The notes under the pieces were generated by a model that was given only the letters and a program-made list of their open reading frames with translations, was not told the DNA's origin and made no database searches. A program made the translations under genes and the position numbers. Positions 38,901 through 52,621 of a DNA stretch of 60,000 nucleotides are shown here, piece after piece. The first letter of the stretch is position 1, and every line of letters starts with the position of its first letter. The stretch is from Malacoraja senta (taxonomy: Eukaryota): the NCBI GenBank assembly GCA_038087875.1, contig CM075989.1, positions 14,696,001-14,756,000 on the forward strand. The letters are read 5' to 3'.

Positions 38901-40317
38901 TGTCCACCTTTACCGACAAATACTGCTCGGTTACCAGTGTAACAAGTACTCTGTTCTCAGATGAAACAGAAGGGATATTAACGGTCACCCGGGGAACCAA
39001 TTATATTGTTCATGATCAATTAGGACCTCATAAATGTTCTATAGTGGAAAGGATTCTATTACATGGAACTCACAGCACAGCATCAGGATTGAGCCAACTC
39101 TCCCCCCTAACCCCACCCCCAGCAATCGGTGGTTCTATTCATTCCAAGCAACAACTTGCTCAGTTCTTTTCTATTCCACTTGTAAGTCCAAGTCGTGACT
39201 TTGCCTCTGATTTGAGGTGTGTGTCTGCCAGTGCCGGTGGATAGGGCCCTACAGTCCCTGGGCTGGTGCTGCCCCCGTGGTGCTGCCAGCACGGTCACTC
39301 CACGATTCAGATCCTGCGCCAGGACAGGGTGCAGGCGGAGGCCTTTCCCTACATCTACTAGCCTTGCTCCTCCAGTTAGCAAAAGTCAACGTTTGTCTTA
39401 GCCACTCGAGACTTCCCGCTGCCTCCGAGTGAAAACGCCACACCCATTTTATCAACGGCACTTCTGGCAGGTCCAGGTATCCTGGACTTGACTGGCAGCC
39501 ACTGCCTATTACGGCAACGCACTGCATACCAGAGAAACCACTCAGTGTTTCCCACATTGCACTGTCAGCGGGCAAATATTGCATCATCGTTTAGGCACCT
39601 GGGGCCACTACCCATCATCCCGTTCAGTACAAGCCCGAGGAACAATTCACATCAATGTAACTTTGCTCAACGTTCAAGGAGATTCAGAGATTCAAAGAAC
39701 ACCTCAAATTTCAAATAAATCTGAACATGAAGTGAAAACGAAATTCTACCTGGAATGTTGCACTTAGCAGTTAAACACAATGTAATCTGGGCATCGGTTG
39801 CTGTCAAATTCCTTAAAGTCCAGTGTTTCAAAGAAATGGTTCCAAACTAATCACCTGAGACACGACAGTCACCAAAAATCAATGCTCATGAACACCATCA
39901 ATAGTCTTTCTCCAAGTTCAGTTACAAGGTTTCAAGTTTATCTCATTTCAGTTTCTTTAATTGTCAAATACAATTTAATCAGAAGACCACTTTGCAGCAA
40001 CCTTTGATTACACACAATGATCTCAATTCCTACCATCCACTGTAAACCAGGTATATTAACACATCCTGCATGCAAAAGAAGGAACAGCTGACTGCTGGAA
40101 TCATTTCCTGCATTTAAAGAGTTAAATCCTTCACCTCCCACCATCCAACACAAGAAGCATGCAGCAATGGCAACATTTCAAACCACTAAGGATTAGGTAG
40201 TCAAAGCGTTTAAATGATCAATCTCAGCTGGGGTAAGAGGGCCTCTCGTGTGGGCAGCAAGGTGCAGCAGCTGTTAGAATTAGCTGCTCGCATTCTAACA
40301 TTCAAACGCATTCTTAC

Positions 40318-40397
40318 CTGCAGCACCTCAATGGATTAGGATTGTGCTTCAGAGTAAAACTCAGTTAAGACTGTCGCAGCACATTGATCAGCTCCAC
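40318..40397 (-). other. Candidate non-coding 5' UTR exon of RAB27A
   Basis: 80-nt unique segment bounded on the minus strand by TGCTTTGCAG|G and CAG|GTAAGAA. Splice signals only, no transcript evidence. Confidence 0.3.
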
Positions 40398-40631
40398 CTG
40401 CAAAGCACACAGCTTTTTAGCTTACGTGTCAGTGTTTGCATTTGCTCAGGAACTTCCTGAAACGAAGGCGTGGTGGCCGTGTGTCAAATGCGGGCGGATT
40501 AAGGAGAGTACCAGGTTTTTAATTTCTCCACCCTGAATACCACACGACCTTTCTTATCAATGCAGGCTAATGAGGGAGAATAGGGGGAGGGGGAAATCTG
40601 TCTCTAGGTGGTAAACACATATCAGAAGCCT

Positions 40632-40827
40632 AGGTACACAAAAATGCTGGAGAAACTCAGCGGGTGCAGCAGCATCTATGGAGCGAAGGAAATAGGCAAC
40701 GTTTCGGGAAGGGTTTCGGCCCGAAACGTTGCCTATTTCCTTCGCTCCATAGATGCTGCTGCACCCGCTGAGTTTCTCCAGCATTTTTGTGTACCTTCGA
40801 TTTTCCAGCATCTGCAGTTCCTTCTTT
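40632..40827. repeat. Fold-back PLE terminal-repeat insertion with a perfect 77-bp stem
   Basis: 40632-40708 is the exact reverse complement of 40720-40796. 18-bp direct repeat AACACATATCAGAAGCCT at 40614-40631 and 40828-40845. Confidence 0.92.
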
Positions 40828-40929
40828 AACACATATCAGAAGCCTGTTGGCTTGGGCACTGAGGATAACCCCCTGAACTCTGCATCGCAGGGGTCCTCCC
40901 CAGTTTACAAACACCTGACTTATCTACAG

Positions 40930-41096
40930 TGTGTAGGAAGGAACTGCAGATGCTGGTTTAAACTGAAGATAGCCACAAAATGCTGGAGTAACTCAGACTG
41001 GATTGAAGAAGGGTCTCAACCCGAAACGTCACCCATTCCTTCTCTCCAGAGATGCTGCCTGTCCCGCTGAGTTACTCCAGCATTTTGTGTCCATCT
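40930..41096. repeat. Fold-back PLE terminal-repeat insertion
   Basis: Inverted partial copies flanked by TGACTTATCTACAG at 40916-40929 and 41097-41110. Confidence 0.82.
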
Positions 41097-44000
41097 TGAC
41101 TTATCTACAGCCCGCCCATACAGATGTTTGGGAGACCGGCCTGGCGGATTTGACAGCAGCTGTGTGGCTGTGGGCATATTCTACCGCCTGGGAACTCAGT
41201 TTACGGTTGCATTTCCGAGTTGGGGAATGGTTTGGATTATGGGCAGTTCTCGGGAATGGAATCTGGGAAGGACCAGTCAGTACAAATGGACTGACGAGAG
41301 GGTTCAGGCGAGAGGACAAGAGGGCAAGGTGCAGCTGGTCAGGAAGGAGCAGGACAGGACTGGTCACCACTGTGACGGAGTATTGAGGTAACACACCACT
41401 CAAGAGGCAGCAGCAACTGAAGCCAAGTGACAGCATTGGCTGAAGACCTGGAAATAAATGAACCCAATGCATTAATTCCAGTGTTGGGACATTCTGAGCA
41501 CTGACCAGTCCCTGCCAGCAAAAGTGGCACAACTCTGTTACAAATGCAGTCACCATCAACATCAGTCACTAGTCAGAGTGAAAGTAGAAGTTTCATCCCA
41601 GTACATATATTTCCACTTTTTTTTTTTTGAAGAGCCATTCACAGAACAAGAACACCATTTATTAGCCAAATCTTATTGCCCCTTGAACACAGACACCTGT
41701 TAAACAATTTCACTCTGGTGGATCTGGGCTCAGGTTTGGGCAAAGCTGGTCGGCAGCGCCCCCCAACAAATCAATGAACCAGATGTGTTTGTTTCAAATG
41801 GCAACGCTGCCATTTAGTGGCCATGTTATTGTCGCCGACTTTTCAATTCTTGACTTATTTAGCTATATTTAAATTTCACAGCTTCAATGGCGAGATTCAA
41901 ATTCATGTCTAGATCTCACGTCTCTCCGTAACCATCCCGGTGACTTAACCAATCAACTCCACCAACTGCAAGCTCCATAATTTTCTAAACAACTGATTCC
42001 CCCAGGGACTTGGGTATTATGTATTACCCCCAGAAGCTCAATGGACTGCCATGTCCAGTCACACTGCCTACCTGCCTCACCACTTCCAACTTCCGCACAT
42101 CTGCATCCTCCGCAATCCCTCTGCTGGAACAATTCCCCGGACACACTGTAATCCCTTGCTGGCCGGCCTGTGTCATCTTCCCTCAACTCCGGTGCAGGCT
42201 TCTTCAGTTCGCATGGAGAAGGCCAAACCAATTGATCTGGTTACTAGGCAGAAAGTGCACGGTAACCTGAGCCCACCCCAAGACAAAATGCGTGGGAAGG
42301 AACTGCAGATGCTGGTTTACACCGAACATTGACACAACATTTGGAGTAACATTGGAGTAACTCAGCGGGTTAGGCAGCATAGATTGAATCATAGTAATAC
42401 AGTGTGGAAACAGGCCCTTTGGCCCAACTTGCCCACACCAGCCAACATGTCCCAGCTACACTAGTCCCACCTGCCCACGTATGGCCCATATCCCTCCAGC
42501 CCTGTCCTATCCATGTATCTGTCTGTAGACACAAAATGCTGGAGTAACTCAGCGGGACAGGCAGCATCTATGGAGAGAAGGAATGGGTGACGTTTCGGGT
42601 CGAGACCCTTTTTCAGACTAATGGGTCTCGAGAAGGGTCTCAATCCGAAACGTCACCCATTCCTTCTCTCTAGACTTGCTGCCTGCCCCACTGAGTTACT
42701 ACAGCACTTTGTGTCTATCATCAGTTTAAACCAGCATCTGCAGTTCCTGATTGGGGATGATCACCCATGATCACATTGAATGGCGGTGCTGGCTCGAAGG
42801 GCCGAATGGCCTACTCCTGCACCTATTGTCTATTGTCTACACATGTACCTGTCTAACTGTTTCTTAAACGTTGGGCCAGTCCCTGCCTCAACTGCCTCCT
42901 CTGGCAGTTGGAGTAACTCAGCAGGTCAGGCAGCATTTCTGGAGAAAAGGAGTAGGTGCCGTTTCGGGACGAGACCCTTCTTCAGACATCACCTATTCCA
43001 TTTCTCCAGGGATGCCACCTGATCCACTGAGTTACTCCAGCATTTTATGTCTACCCACCCCAAGACACCTCAGAGAGAGAAGATTACTCGGTTAACTTCC
43101 ACTTTCTGTTCCCTCCCCAATGAACATCACACATGAAAAAAATGTAATGGTGTGCAAAATTTGGTTATAACATTAGAAATACACATTCTGCTCTTCAACA
43201 TATCCAAGGGCACTTGCAGTATAGTTGTATCCTATCACACAATGTTTCACAGCATTAACCTTGTCGATGGGGATTTTTGCTATATTTAGTCAGTAATAAA
43301 AAAACATTCTATCTCCTTTGAGGGTGCAAAGCACGTGGAAGTTCACTGTACACTGCTCCTCTTGTTGAATTCAATACAGGTTGTTAAATTAAACATGGCT
43401 AATGTTTCGCGGATACAACATGCTGGAGTAACTCAGCGGGTAAGGCAGCAGCATCTCTGGAGAAAAGGAATAGGTGACGTTTCAAGTCGAGACCCTTCTG
43501 TCTGACCCACCGAGTTACTCCATCATTTTGCGTCTACTTCGGAGTAAACCAGCATCTGCAGTTCCTTCCTACACGATGCTTTGAAGAGCTAGCTTTGAAC
43601 ATAGCTTTACCATTTTGTACAAGATTAGTAGACTGGAAGATCAGATTAAACCCGATTACTGACATTCTAAACTGATTTGTATTGACTTAGCCCAAGGGAA
43701 TATATTTTAGAAAAACCCAAACTTATCAATATTCAATCACAGCTTTGTGAAAGGCAATGTTTCGGAAAGAAAGCGAAGGTTGGTTATATAACATTTTTAG
43801 AAATGCATGGAGGCGGTGTGGATCAGATCTATTCCTAGTCCTGATGTAACTGTCAGTACTCTGAGTCAGAATCCTGAAGAAAGGGTGCAAATTGATTCAT
43901 CCGTGGGGGAAAAGGGTCACTGCAAGTTGTTAGCTCTCCTGGATGACACAAGCTGTAGTGATGAAAAGAGAACGTAATCCCACCCAGCATTCAAATAGCG

Positions 44001-47000
44001 TCAGGATTCAAGTTGTTAACTGAAGAAAACTTGGCTGCCACAGACTTATGGACAGAACAGCAAATGTCTGCTGCTGCAAAAAAAACAGTTGCTTGATGCA
44101 GAGTTGTACGGCATCCTCAGACTTCATTATGTACACATTCGTCCCAAATTCAGGTGATCTAATATTCATGGTTCATACAACTTGAAGTCATTAACCAATT
44201 GTTTTATTCACTCACTGCTGCACATCATTTGATTTGGTGAGTTAAACTTTGTAAACATCCATTTTAAAGGAATAGGATCAGAACAGTGAACCACTTGGAC
44301 CCTGCTCTACCGTCTCAAAGCCAAGGCTGTCTTGCCAATTCCAAGTCATTTCATCAAAGTTATTGACATTTACACATTTCTTCAAAAAAAAGCATATGAT
44401 CATCTCAGGGTTAAACACTTCATACCTCAAGATAATGGAGAAAACAGCCCCGTTGTTCCAATGTTCCAGATCCAAATCTCACTACGCAGCCAAGTCCAGT
44501 GGTTAGTCTCGGTTACAAAATGCTCGTTTCATCCAGAACTGGAGGCTGGGGAAGAGAAGATCACAGGAGGTCAGAACATCCCCCACCAACTAAATGCAGA
44601 CTTCGCCAAAGCACCAAAACTGGAACTGGGCGAAAATAAATGAGAATCAGAGATGAGCTCACAGCATCAAACACAAGGCACTGTCATGAACTGCAAACAC
44701 TTGAGCATTCCCTAATAAGCATCAGCTGCTTATCATGTGGCTCAGCAGCCTGAGCCGGGGCCTTTCCTTCAGCACACACCATCCAATTAAACACTGAAAC
44801 CACAGCTCCAGGTTATTAACCATAGGGCTGGCCTGCTCAGATCAGAATAATCCACAAAGAAAATTATTCAATGTTTATTAAAAAAGTATTCAGTATGGGT
44901 GTCACATTGCACCCCGGGAACTTCAAATGGCCACTAACAACTCCGCAACCAAAACATTTCGCATTTTAAGATGTAAACATAAAAACAACAACAAAATCGG
45001 TAGGACTACAAAATGAAAGCCATATGTGTGTAAAACTGGCACATTGACACCAAAACCAACCTGTCAACGACATTAACAGAATGCAAGTGAATCAATATCA
45101 AACCTGCAAGTGAATCTCATCAAGACTGCATGAAAAGTCTGTAAAGAATTAGCAAGGAAAAAACGCTTGGGTTTTCTCCGAGATCTTCGGTTTCCTCCCG
45201 CACTCCAAAGACGTACAGGTTTGTAGGTTGATTGGCTACTTGGTATAAGTGAAAATTGTCCCTAGTGTGGGCGTAGATAGTGTTAATGTGCGGGGATCTC
45301 TGGTCGTTGCGGACTTGGTGGGCCCAAGGGCCTGTTTCCGCACTGTATCTCTAAACTAAACTAAACCAGGGGGGGGGCCCACCAACAATGGCTCAGCTGG
45401 ATATAAAGCTCCCATGGCAGTGGGATTTCCCACCTCATCAATAACACACAGCATCATTGAGCACAATATCTACTCAGCTCCACAGACAGTGGCTGCACTA
45501 CTGAATTGTAATTGACAATGATGAACCTTTGGATGCCATAAGGATTTCCAATGCAAGTTCTCCAAATCTCCCACATTCCACAGTGTCATCTGCACTGCAG
45601 CTGTTAAGACCTGTCAGAATATCACGTATCCCCTGTGGCCGGCGGGGCCCACAACTGGAGCCTGGGTGGACGTCACGGAGACCTCATGAGAGGACCCAGC
45701 AGCGTTAATGGCGAGGTCGGTGCAGCGGTCGATGATGGCGCCGACCAACGGATGAGGGCGGACACTTGAAGTAGGAAGGTCGCTGCTGAGAGGAGGAACG
45801 AAGGAGGACCCGGTATGGGGGGGACCGGCGTGAGTGAGGGGGAAGAGCAACGGGGACCCGGCGTGGGTGTGGGATGGTGAGGAAAAATGGACAATGGAGG
45901 ACCTGGTGTGTGTGGGGGGGGGGGGGGGAAGAGCAAAGGGGGAACTGGCCCGGGTGAGGGGGGGGGGGGGAGAAGGGAGAATTTGTGACTTTGTAAGCAC
46001 CCTTCATGGGTGACTATTGCATATCTTGGTACGGTATGCAGCCAAAGAATTCCACTGTGACAATAAAGTATTCATTCAATCAATCAATCAAGTCTTCTCA
46101 TCCTCTCTAAACCCCAGCCGATTCAAGCATAGTCTGGCCAACCTTTCCACATTCAGTACAGCCGTTCCAGTTGCGAGTCCTGTTAACCTTCTCTCCACTG
46201 GTTCCAACCCATTTACATTCCTCCTTAAACAGGGAGATGAATATTCTGTTCCGCACTCATGTACTCTCGCCATTGCCTTGTATAAAGAAGCATAAATTCC
46301 CTACTTTTGGATTGAAATTCCCAGCAATATCACCTCCAACCTTGGTCACCCATCTCCACCCATCTCTCCACCACCTGACCCACCTGCCGGTCAGCTCCTC
46401 CACACCCATCATTTTCCAGCTCTTGCTCCACCCTCTCCCCTCACCTCTGTCTACCAGCTATCACCCCTCTGCTCCCTCAATCTGAAGAATGCTCCTCACA
46501 CAAAACATCGCTCCTCCATTCCCCTTCACAGATGCTGCCTGACCTGCTGAGAAGCTCCAGCATAGTTTTATGCTTCGTAACTACAGCCAGTGCCTCTGCT
46601 TCCACCACTTTCTCTGGCAATGCAATCTCAGAACTCGCCGCCCTTTGGGTGAAAAAGTTCCCACCAGATCCACCTGACATCTTGATACCCTGATATGGGG
46701 AATAGCTTCCTGCAGTTCACACCATCTAGAACCCTCGCCCCTCAATCATGCCTTCTCTTACTTTCCTCCTCTCCTGGGAAAACAGACCCAATCCCTCCTC
46801 ATAACCAAATCACTCCATGCACCCTCTCCAGTGGTATCGCATCTTGTCTAGAGAGTAGTGTAGAAGCAAAACACTGCGGATGATGGAAGACATAAATAAC
46901 CACAGAGACAGACACAGAGCTGGAGTAACTCAGGAGGTCAGGTCTGCCTGACCCGCTGCAGTCCTCCAGCTTTGTGTGTCTATATCTGGTTTAAACTAGC

Positions 47001-47094
47001 ATCTGCAGTTCCTTCCGACACAATAAAAAAAAATTAAAAAAAATTAAAAAACTGTGATGTAAAGATTGAAAGAGGATAAAGGACCTTGAGGATA

Positions 47095-47625
47095 AAGGAA
47101 TTTGAGGAAGGACATCCTTGTGATTGAGGCAGTGCAGCGTAGGTTCACGAGATTGATCCCTGGGATGGCGGGACTGTCATATGAGGAAAGATTCAAAAGA
47201 CTAGGCTTGTATTCACTGGAGTTTAGAAGGATGAGGGGGATCTCATAGAAACATATACAATTATAAAAGGACTGGACAAGCTAGATGACGGAAAAAATGT
47301 TCCCAATGTTGGGCGAGTCCAGAACCAGGGGCCATAGTCTTAGAATAAAGGGGAGGCCATTTAAGACTGAGGTGAGAAAAAACTTTTTCACCCTGAGAGT
47401 TGTGAATTTGTGGAATTCCCTGCCACAGAGGGCATTGGAGGCCAAATCGCTGGATGGATTTAAGAATTAGATAGAGCTCTAGGGGCTAGTGGAATCAAGG
47501 GATATGGGGAGAAGGCAGGCACGGGTTATTGATTGGGGACGATCAGCCATGATCACAATGAATGGCGGTGCTGGCTCGAAGTGCCGAATGGCCTCCTCCT
47601 GCACCTATTTTCTATGTTTCTCTGT
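47095..47625 (+). mobile_element. CR1 LINE 3' fragment
   Basis: ESRTRGHSLRIKGRPFKTEVRKNFFTLRVVNLWNSLPQ motif and TTTCTATG tail. Confidence 0.88.
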
Positions 47626-48289
47626 TTAATCACCACAGGGAGCAGGAAATGCTCCTGAACTACCCATCAGCCACGCAACAAAAAGGACATTCGTCAACAT
47701 GGGGAATACAAGCATCCAAGTTGCCTGTTAACTTCCGCCACACAACAATCAGCCATCCAACAAACCTCCAGACATGGCGCTGGAATCTAACGCTCATCTT
47801 TTACGCTACAATTAAGCTACAATTGTCGCCACTATTTCCTCTCCAACCTCGAGGTGGAGGGACACTTGTGCCGGGCTCCTGTTTCTCCTGGGTCTGACAT
47901 GTATGCAGGTAGCATCATTGTGATTCATGGCAGGATTGCCAGAGCTTCACTGAATTCCAGGTGGAGCTGAATAAACTTTCATCAAAGCACCCTCCAAGCT
48001 GCAGAAAGGTGGGGATATTTATTTAAAGGTATCAGTTAAAATTAGTTTCACCTTATGCACATTACAATTTAACAATGACACTGTGAAACACCATGGTACA
48101 ATTTCTGCACCGGCTGCAAACACAGGCAGGCTGTGTGTTGGTCAATGGACAAAATCCTGCCGGCCAAACGACAAGCTCCAGCAGTTTTTATTTCAGATTT
48201 TCAGCATCTGCTCTATTTTACTTCTGTCCATGAACATACCCCTTCCTCTATTTGACCACCTTTGCATTGATTAGCTATCCTTGCGCCAC

Positions 48290-48860
48290 ACCAGTTGCCT
48301 ACCGTCACAACAGGTCCACAGCAGATGCCATTTCCCTGACCGTACACTCATCACTGGAACATCTAGATAACAAGGACATCTATGTCAGACTCTGATTTAG
48401 TGACTCTAATGCCACTTTACACGCCATAACTCCAACCAAACTCATCTTCAAACTCCTAGACTTGGGAGTCAGCACCCACTCTACAACCAGATGCTCGACC
48501 CATAGACCACAATCAGCGAGGATAAATGACAAAACATCTTCGGTGATAATTCTCAATGCCCTGCAAGGTTGTGTTCTCAAGCCCGTAGAATTCTTCCTGT
48601 ACACTCACGACTCTGCGGCCAACTTCTGCTAATTCCATTTACAAGATTGCAGATGATACTGAGAGTTTAGTAACATGATGACAAGACGACAACCTCTCCC
48701 TCAATGTCAACAAGATGAAATAGCTAGTTATCGTCTTCAGGAAACGAGATGGTGTACACGCCCCCAGTAAACATCACTGGTGCTGTAGTGGAGAAGGTTG
48801 AGAGTTTCAAATTCCAAGGTGTAAATATGAACAATAATCTATTCTGTGCCAACCACGTCA
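48290..48860 (+). mobile_element. Degenerate Rex1/Babar-type RT fragment
   Basis: Residual RSTADAISL..HSSLEHLDNKDIYVRL, QGCVLxP and KIADDT-like motifs. Confidence 0.68.
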
Positions 48861-51800
48861 AAGGGAACCTCCAGGGATAAAGTTGTGCGAGATTGAATGA
48901 TAACTTGGAGGCATATCCCAGTGGAATTCCCAGTCCTCATTTACAAAACTGTCAAAGTTGGTGGATGAAAGATGTTACCCGGGGCTGCTACTTTGCTAGG
49001 AGATCCTCCCTGCACCTTCTATGTGACATCCTAGTGGTTGAGCAGGTTATCAGCACCCCATGGGCAGGCTCACAGCAGCCTGGTGGATTTAGCCAGCTCC
49101 TGTAAAATTGGGCTCAACTCATCATGGAATAAAAAGCAGAGGGTAGGAACTAGGTTAAACCAAGCACACATGTACATGTGTGCGCGCCCACACACACACA
49201 CACACAAAACCTCTGATCTATCGTGACAGGAGCAGTAATTGGCCAGTTTGCAATCACAGGCTATTCTTCACCTACCATCCTGGATGCCTGCCTTCCTCGA
49301 ACAGAAAACAGAAAGCTGCCAGGAGTAAGCTCGCCTGCCTATTGCTGCACCACTGGATGGGGAAACTCCATCAATGAAGCTACATACACGTCAGCCACCT
49401 TGGACATGGATCATGGAAGCACTAACTCATGGCAATAAGAGACACATCATGTTCCAATTACCATCCAATGTCCTAAGCTGCAATTTGATGTCAGTATCCA
49501 TGTTAAAACCTTATCAGGTTACAGAACCTGTGTGTGACTTGTTAAAAATTGCACATAGTGGATGGGAGGGGAGGAGAGGAGAAGAGAGAAGGGATGGGAG
49601 GGAAGGAGGGAAGGAGGGAGGAGTAGGGAGGAGGAGACGAGACATTTTCTGTGTAAACTTTTAATATCAAACAACAAACCACTTCAAGCCCCATAAAGGT
49701 TAACACTGCAACAATGCACACAGATAGCAGTTGATCACAAGGTGCTTCTTAAAGGAGCACCCATCCAGTAGGTCACAAACTATTAGGCACCTCATCTGAT
49801 CCTTGTTGAACCAGAACCCACCTTATACCCGGGGTGAGGGACCTTGGTCCAAGTCCTCAGCCCAAAACTCAAATCTCATCCAAAGACACATCCAGGGACA
49901 GGGACATCGTCAACCATCTCTACACAATAACAGCTGTTCATTCCTGATTTAAAGTTAAACTGATAATTATGACTACTTTTATAGGAGGCATAGATAAGGT
50001 GAATTGTCATCCTTTTCTCAGGGTAGAGGAGTCTTAAACCAGAGGACATAGATTTAAGATGAGAGGGGAAAAGAGATGCGAGGGACAATGTTTTCACACA
50101 GGGTGGCGGGTATATGGAAGGGGCTGCTAGAGGAAGGGGCAGGTACAATTACTTATAATGGTGTTTGGACAGGTAGATGGATAGGAAAGGCTTGGAAGGA
50201 GATGGGCCACATGCAGACAAATGGGACTAGCTCATTGGTCAACACTGGGTTGTGCTGTACAACACTACCTGTTGCGCAGGGCACCTTGTTCAGTCCATTT
50301 TTGTCTGCTGTTGAAGGGAAATGGCCGCCTTTTACAGGAATCACACTGAAGCTCAGCCCAGCCAGATAGGAGACAAATCCCTCACACAGCGCCAGGCTTG
50401 TCAAGCAACTGTCTGCCTCATTCAGGTTCTTTAATTCCAGACGGAATAATTAATGGAGCTGAAAATTCCCTAACTGCAGCGGCAGAACAGGAGCACATTT
50501 TCAGATCATTCATCCCAATCTCTGGACAACCTGCCAAGCAATGAGTGACTGCACAATCATACTCCATTTGCTTGGAGCAGGGTGCTGCCAAGTCTGCACA
50601 TTAACGCTGGACAGAGTTAGCCAAACATGTAGAAGCATGGCTCTGATGTTTATACTCAGATGCAAATCAAATGGGAGCTTTGCTGCTGTTTAGAATGGAA
50701 AGTGCAAGACAGTGCAAGCTCTGGCTGGAGTTCTATGTGTGGAGAGGGCGGCAGGAGTGTGCCTTCACCATGAAAGGTTTTGAACGGCGAGAACTCTCAA
50801 CAAACACCTGTTGTCTCAAAGTTGGAGCAATTCTGAAAGAATCATCTTTGGATAAGTTACGCATGTACTTAAGGTTTGGCTTTAAAAGATTTAGAAAGCA
50901 AGATGCTGCCTGGCCACTGAGTTCTCCCAGCATTCTTCTCTGCCCCCCCCCCCCCCTCGGTACAATTGAAATGTTTTAAAATATATTTAGGAAAGTACAC
51001 AGACAGAAAAGGTTCAGAGAAATAAAGGCCAAAAGAATTAATGTTAAATTGGACTAGCTCAGTTATAAAACCCAGTCGCATGGACAAGTTGCACTGAAGG
51101 ATCTGCTTCCATGATGTACCACTCTAAGACACTAACGTGACTCAATTTGACACTGTGATTACCGATCTTTCCAGAAAAAAGCCAGTGATAGATGAGAGGC
51201 AAATGTGGAGTTGGAAGCAAAAGCAACGGAGATTAACTCAGAGGATTACCAATAGGATTTGAAAAAGGCCAACACTGTGTGCACACCAACACGGAGGATG
51301 TTTCAGACAAGCACTGGGTTAATAACCTCAACAACTGGCCTTCAGGGCAGGAACTCTGCCATCCACACCCAGTGTGGTTCACCTTGACTCAGGAGCTACA
51401 ACAGTGAGACAGAGTCTCAACGGCTTCTTAAAACGGCTGCACAAACAACTTGTTTCAGGGAGTAAAAGGATACCAAAGGCTGGAATATCTCAGCGGGTCA
51501 TGCAGCATCTCTGGAAAAAGATTGGGGACGTTTCGGGGCGAGACCCTCCTTCAGTCTGAAAACGTCACGTGTCCATGTTCTCCACAGATGCTGCCTGACC
51601 TGCTGAGTTACTCAAGCACTTTGTCTATTTTTGTAAATCAGCATCTGGAGTTCCATGTATCTACCTCTTGACAAGTGTTCATTACCAACTCTCAGACCGC
51701 CACAAAGGAAGATCGCCTACTGCAAGGCTGAAACATCAACCACCACCACACCTTGCGCCTGCCACATTCAGACCACTCACCCCTTTAACATCAACTCATC

Positions 51801-52236
51801 CGGGACCTTCAGTATAATGGTCAGGTGCTTCCAATGACACACACAGTGCTGTTGGCTTGGAGGCATGTTGTTGCACACATTTGCTCAGGTTCAATTAGTG
51901 CCATTAGACTGGTGTCACAAGGTTAGCGTTCGATCCATACTCGAGCCAACCTCCACTGCAACTTTGGATCTGTCTAACCAGGTCCAAAGATTCAAATCCT
52001 TTCATGAGGAAACTTTTTCCATAATTTTAAAAAGCAGCACAGGATATCCTGTGATTGGTGAGCCCATCAATGGTGACCGTTCAATAGACGTAACTATTGT
52101 TACGTCTATTGAACTAATGTTAATAATGTCTATTGAACTAATGTTATGTCCAGGAAGCAATGTGGTGAACAGGAGCTTACTGTATTTCCTACATTACAAC
52201 AGAGAAAGTGTTTCAAAAAAATATGTATGAAATATT

Positions 52237-52505
52237 GTATGAACATTGAATTCTCCCAATTTTGTTAGCCCTTGCTGTCTCCTCCCCTTCCTCAGCCCTC
52301 GGGCTGTCTCCTCCCATCCCTCAGCCCTCGGGCTCCTCCTCCGCCTTTTTCCTTTCTTCTCCCCACCCCCCCATCAGTCTGAAGAAGGGTTTCGGCCCGA
52401 AACGTTGCCTATTTCCTTCACTCCATAGATGCTGCTGCACCCGCTGAGTTTCTCCAGCATTTTTGTGTACCTTCGATTTTCCAGCATCTGCAGTTCCTTC
52501 TTAAA
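52237..52505 (+). mobile_element. Penelope-like element 3' end, low-divergence subfamily
   Basis: MNIEFSQFC* ORF end, pyrimidine tract and intact hammerhead-like core at 52379-52406. 14-bp flanking direct repeat ATGTATGAAATATT at 52223-52236 and 52510-52523. Confidence 0.82.
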
Positions 52506-52621
52506 AACAATGTATGAAATATTTGTCTGAAAAGGTCTTTAAATATATTTTGTTCCACTTGAAGACGTTTGAAACTCACCCTTGTCACCATTACACTGTA
52601 TAGCAGTGATTTAAAGTGATT

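Noticed and set aside
40557..41386. Recurrent short ORFs such as KMLEKLSGCSSIYGAKEIGNVSG and RDAACPAELLQHFVS, suggesting a gene family or CRISPR-like array
   Set aside because: They are translations of the dispersed PLE terminal repeat. There is no regular repeat-spacer periodicity, and the DNA is vertebrate.
52095..52146. Short tandem duplication GTCTATTGAACTAATGTTA x2 (a similar case lies at 35211-35250)
   Set aside because: Ordinary local duplication with no sign of function.
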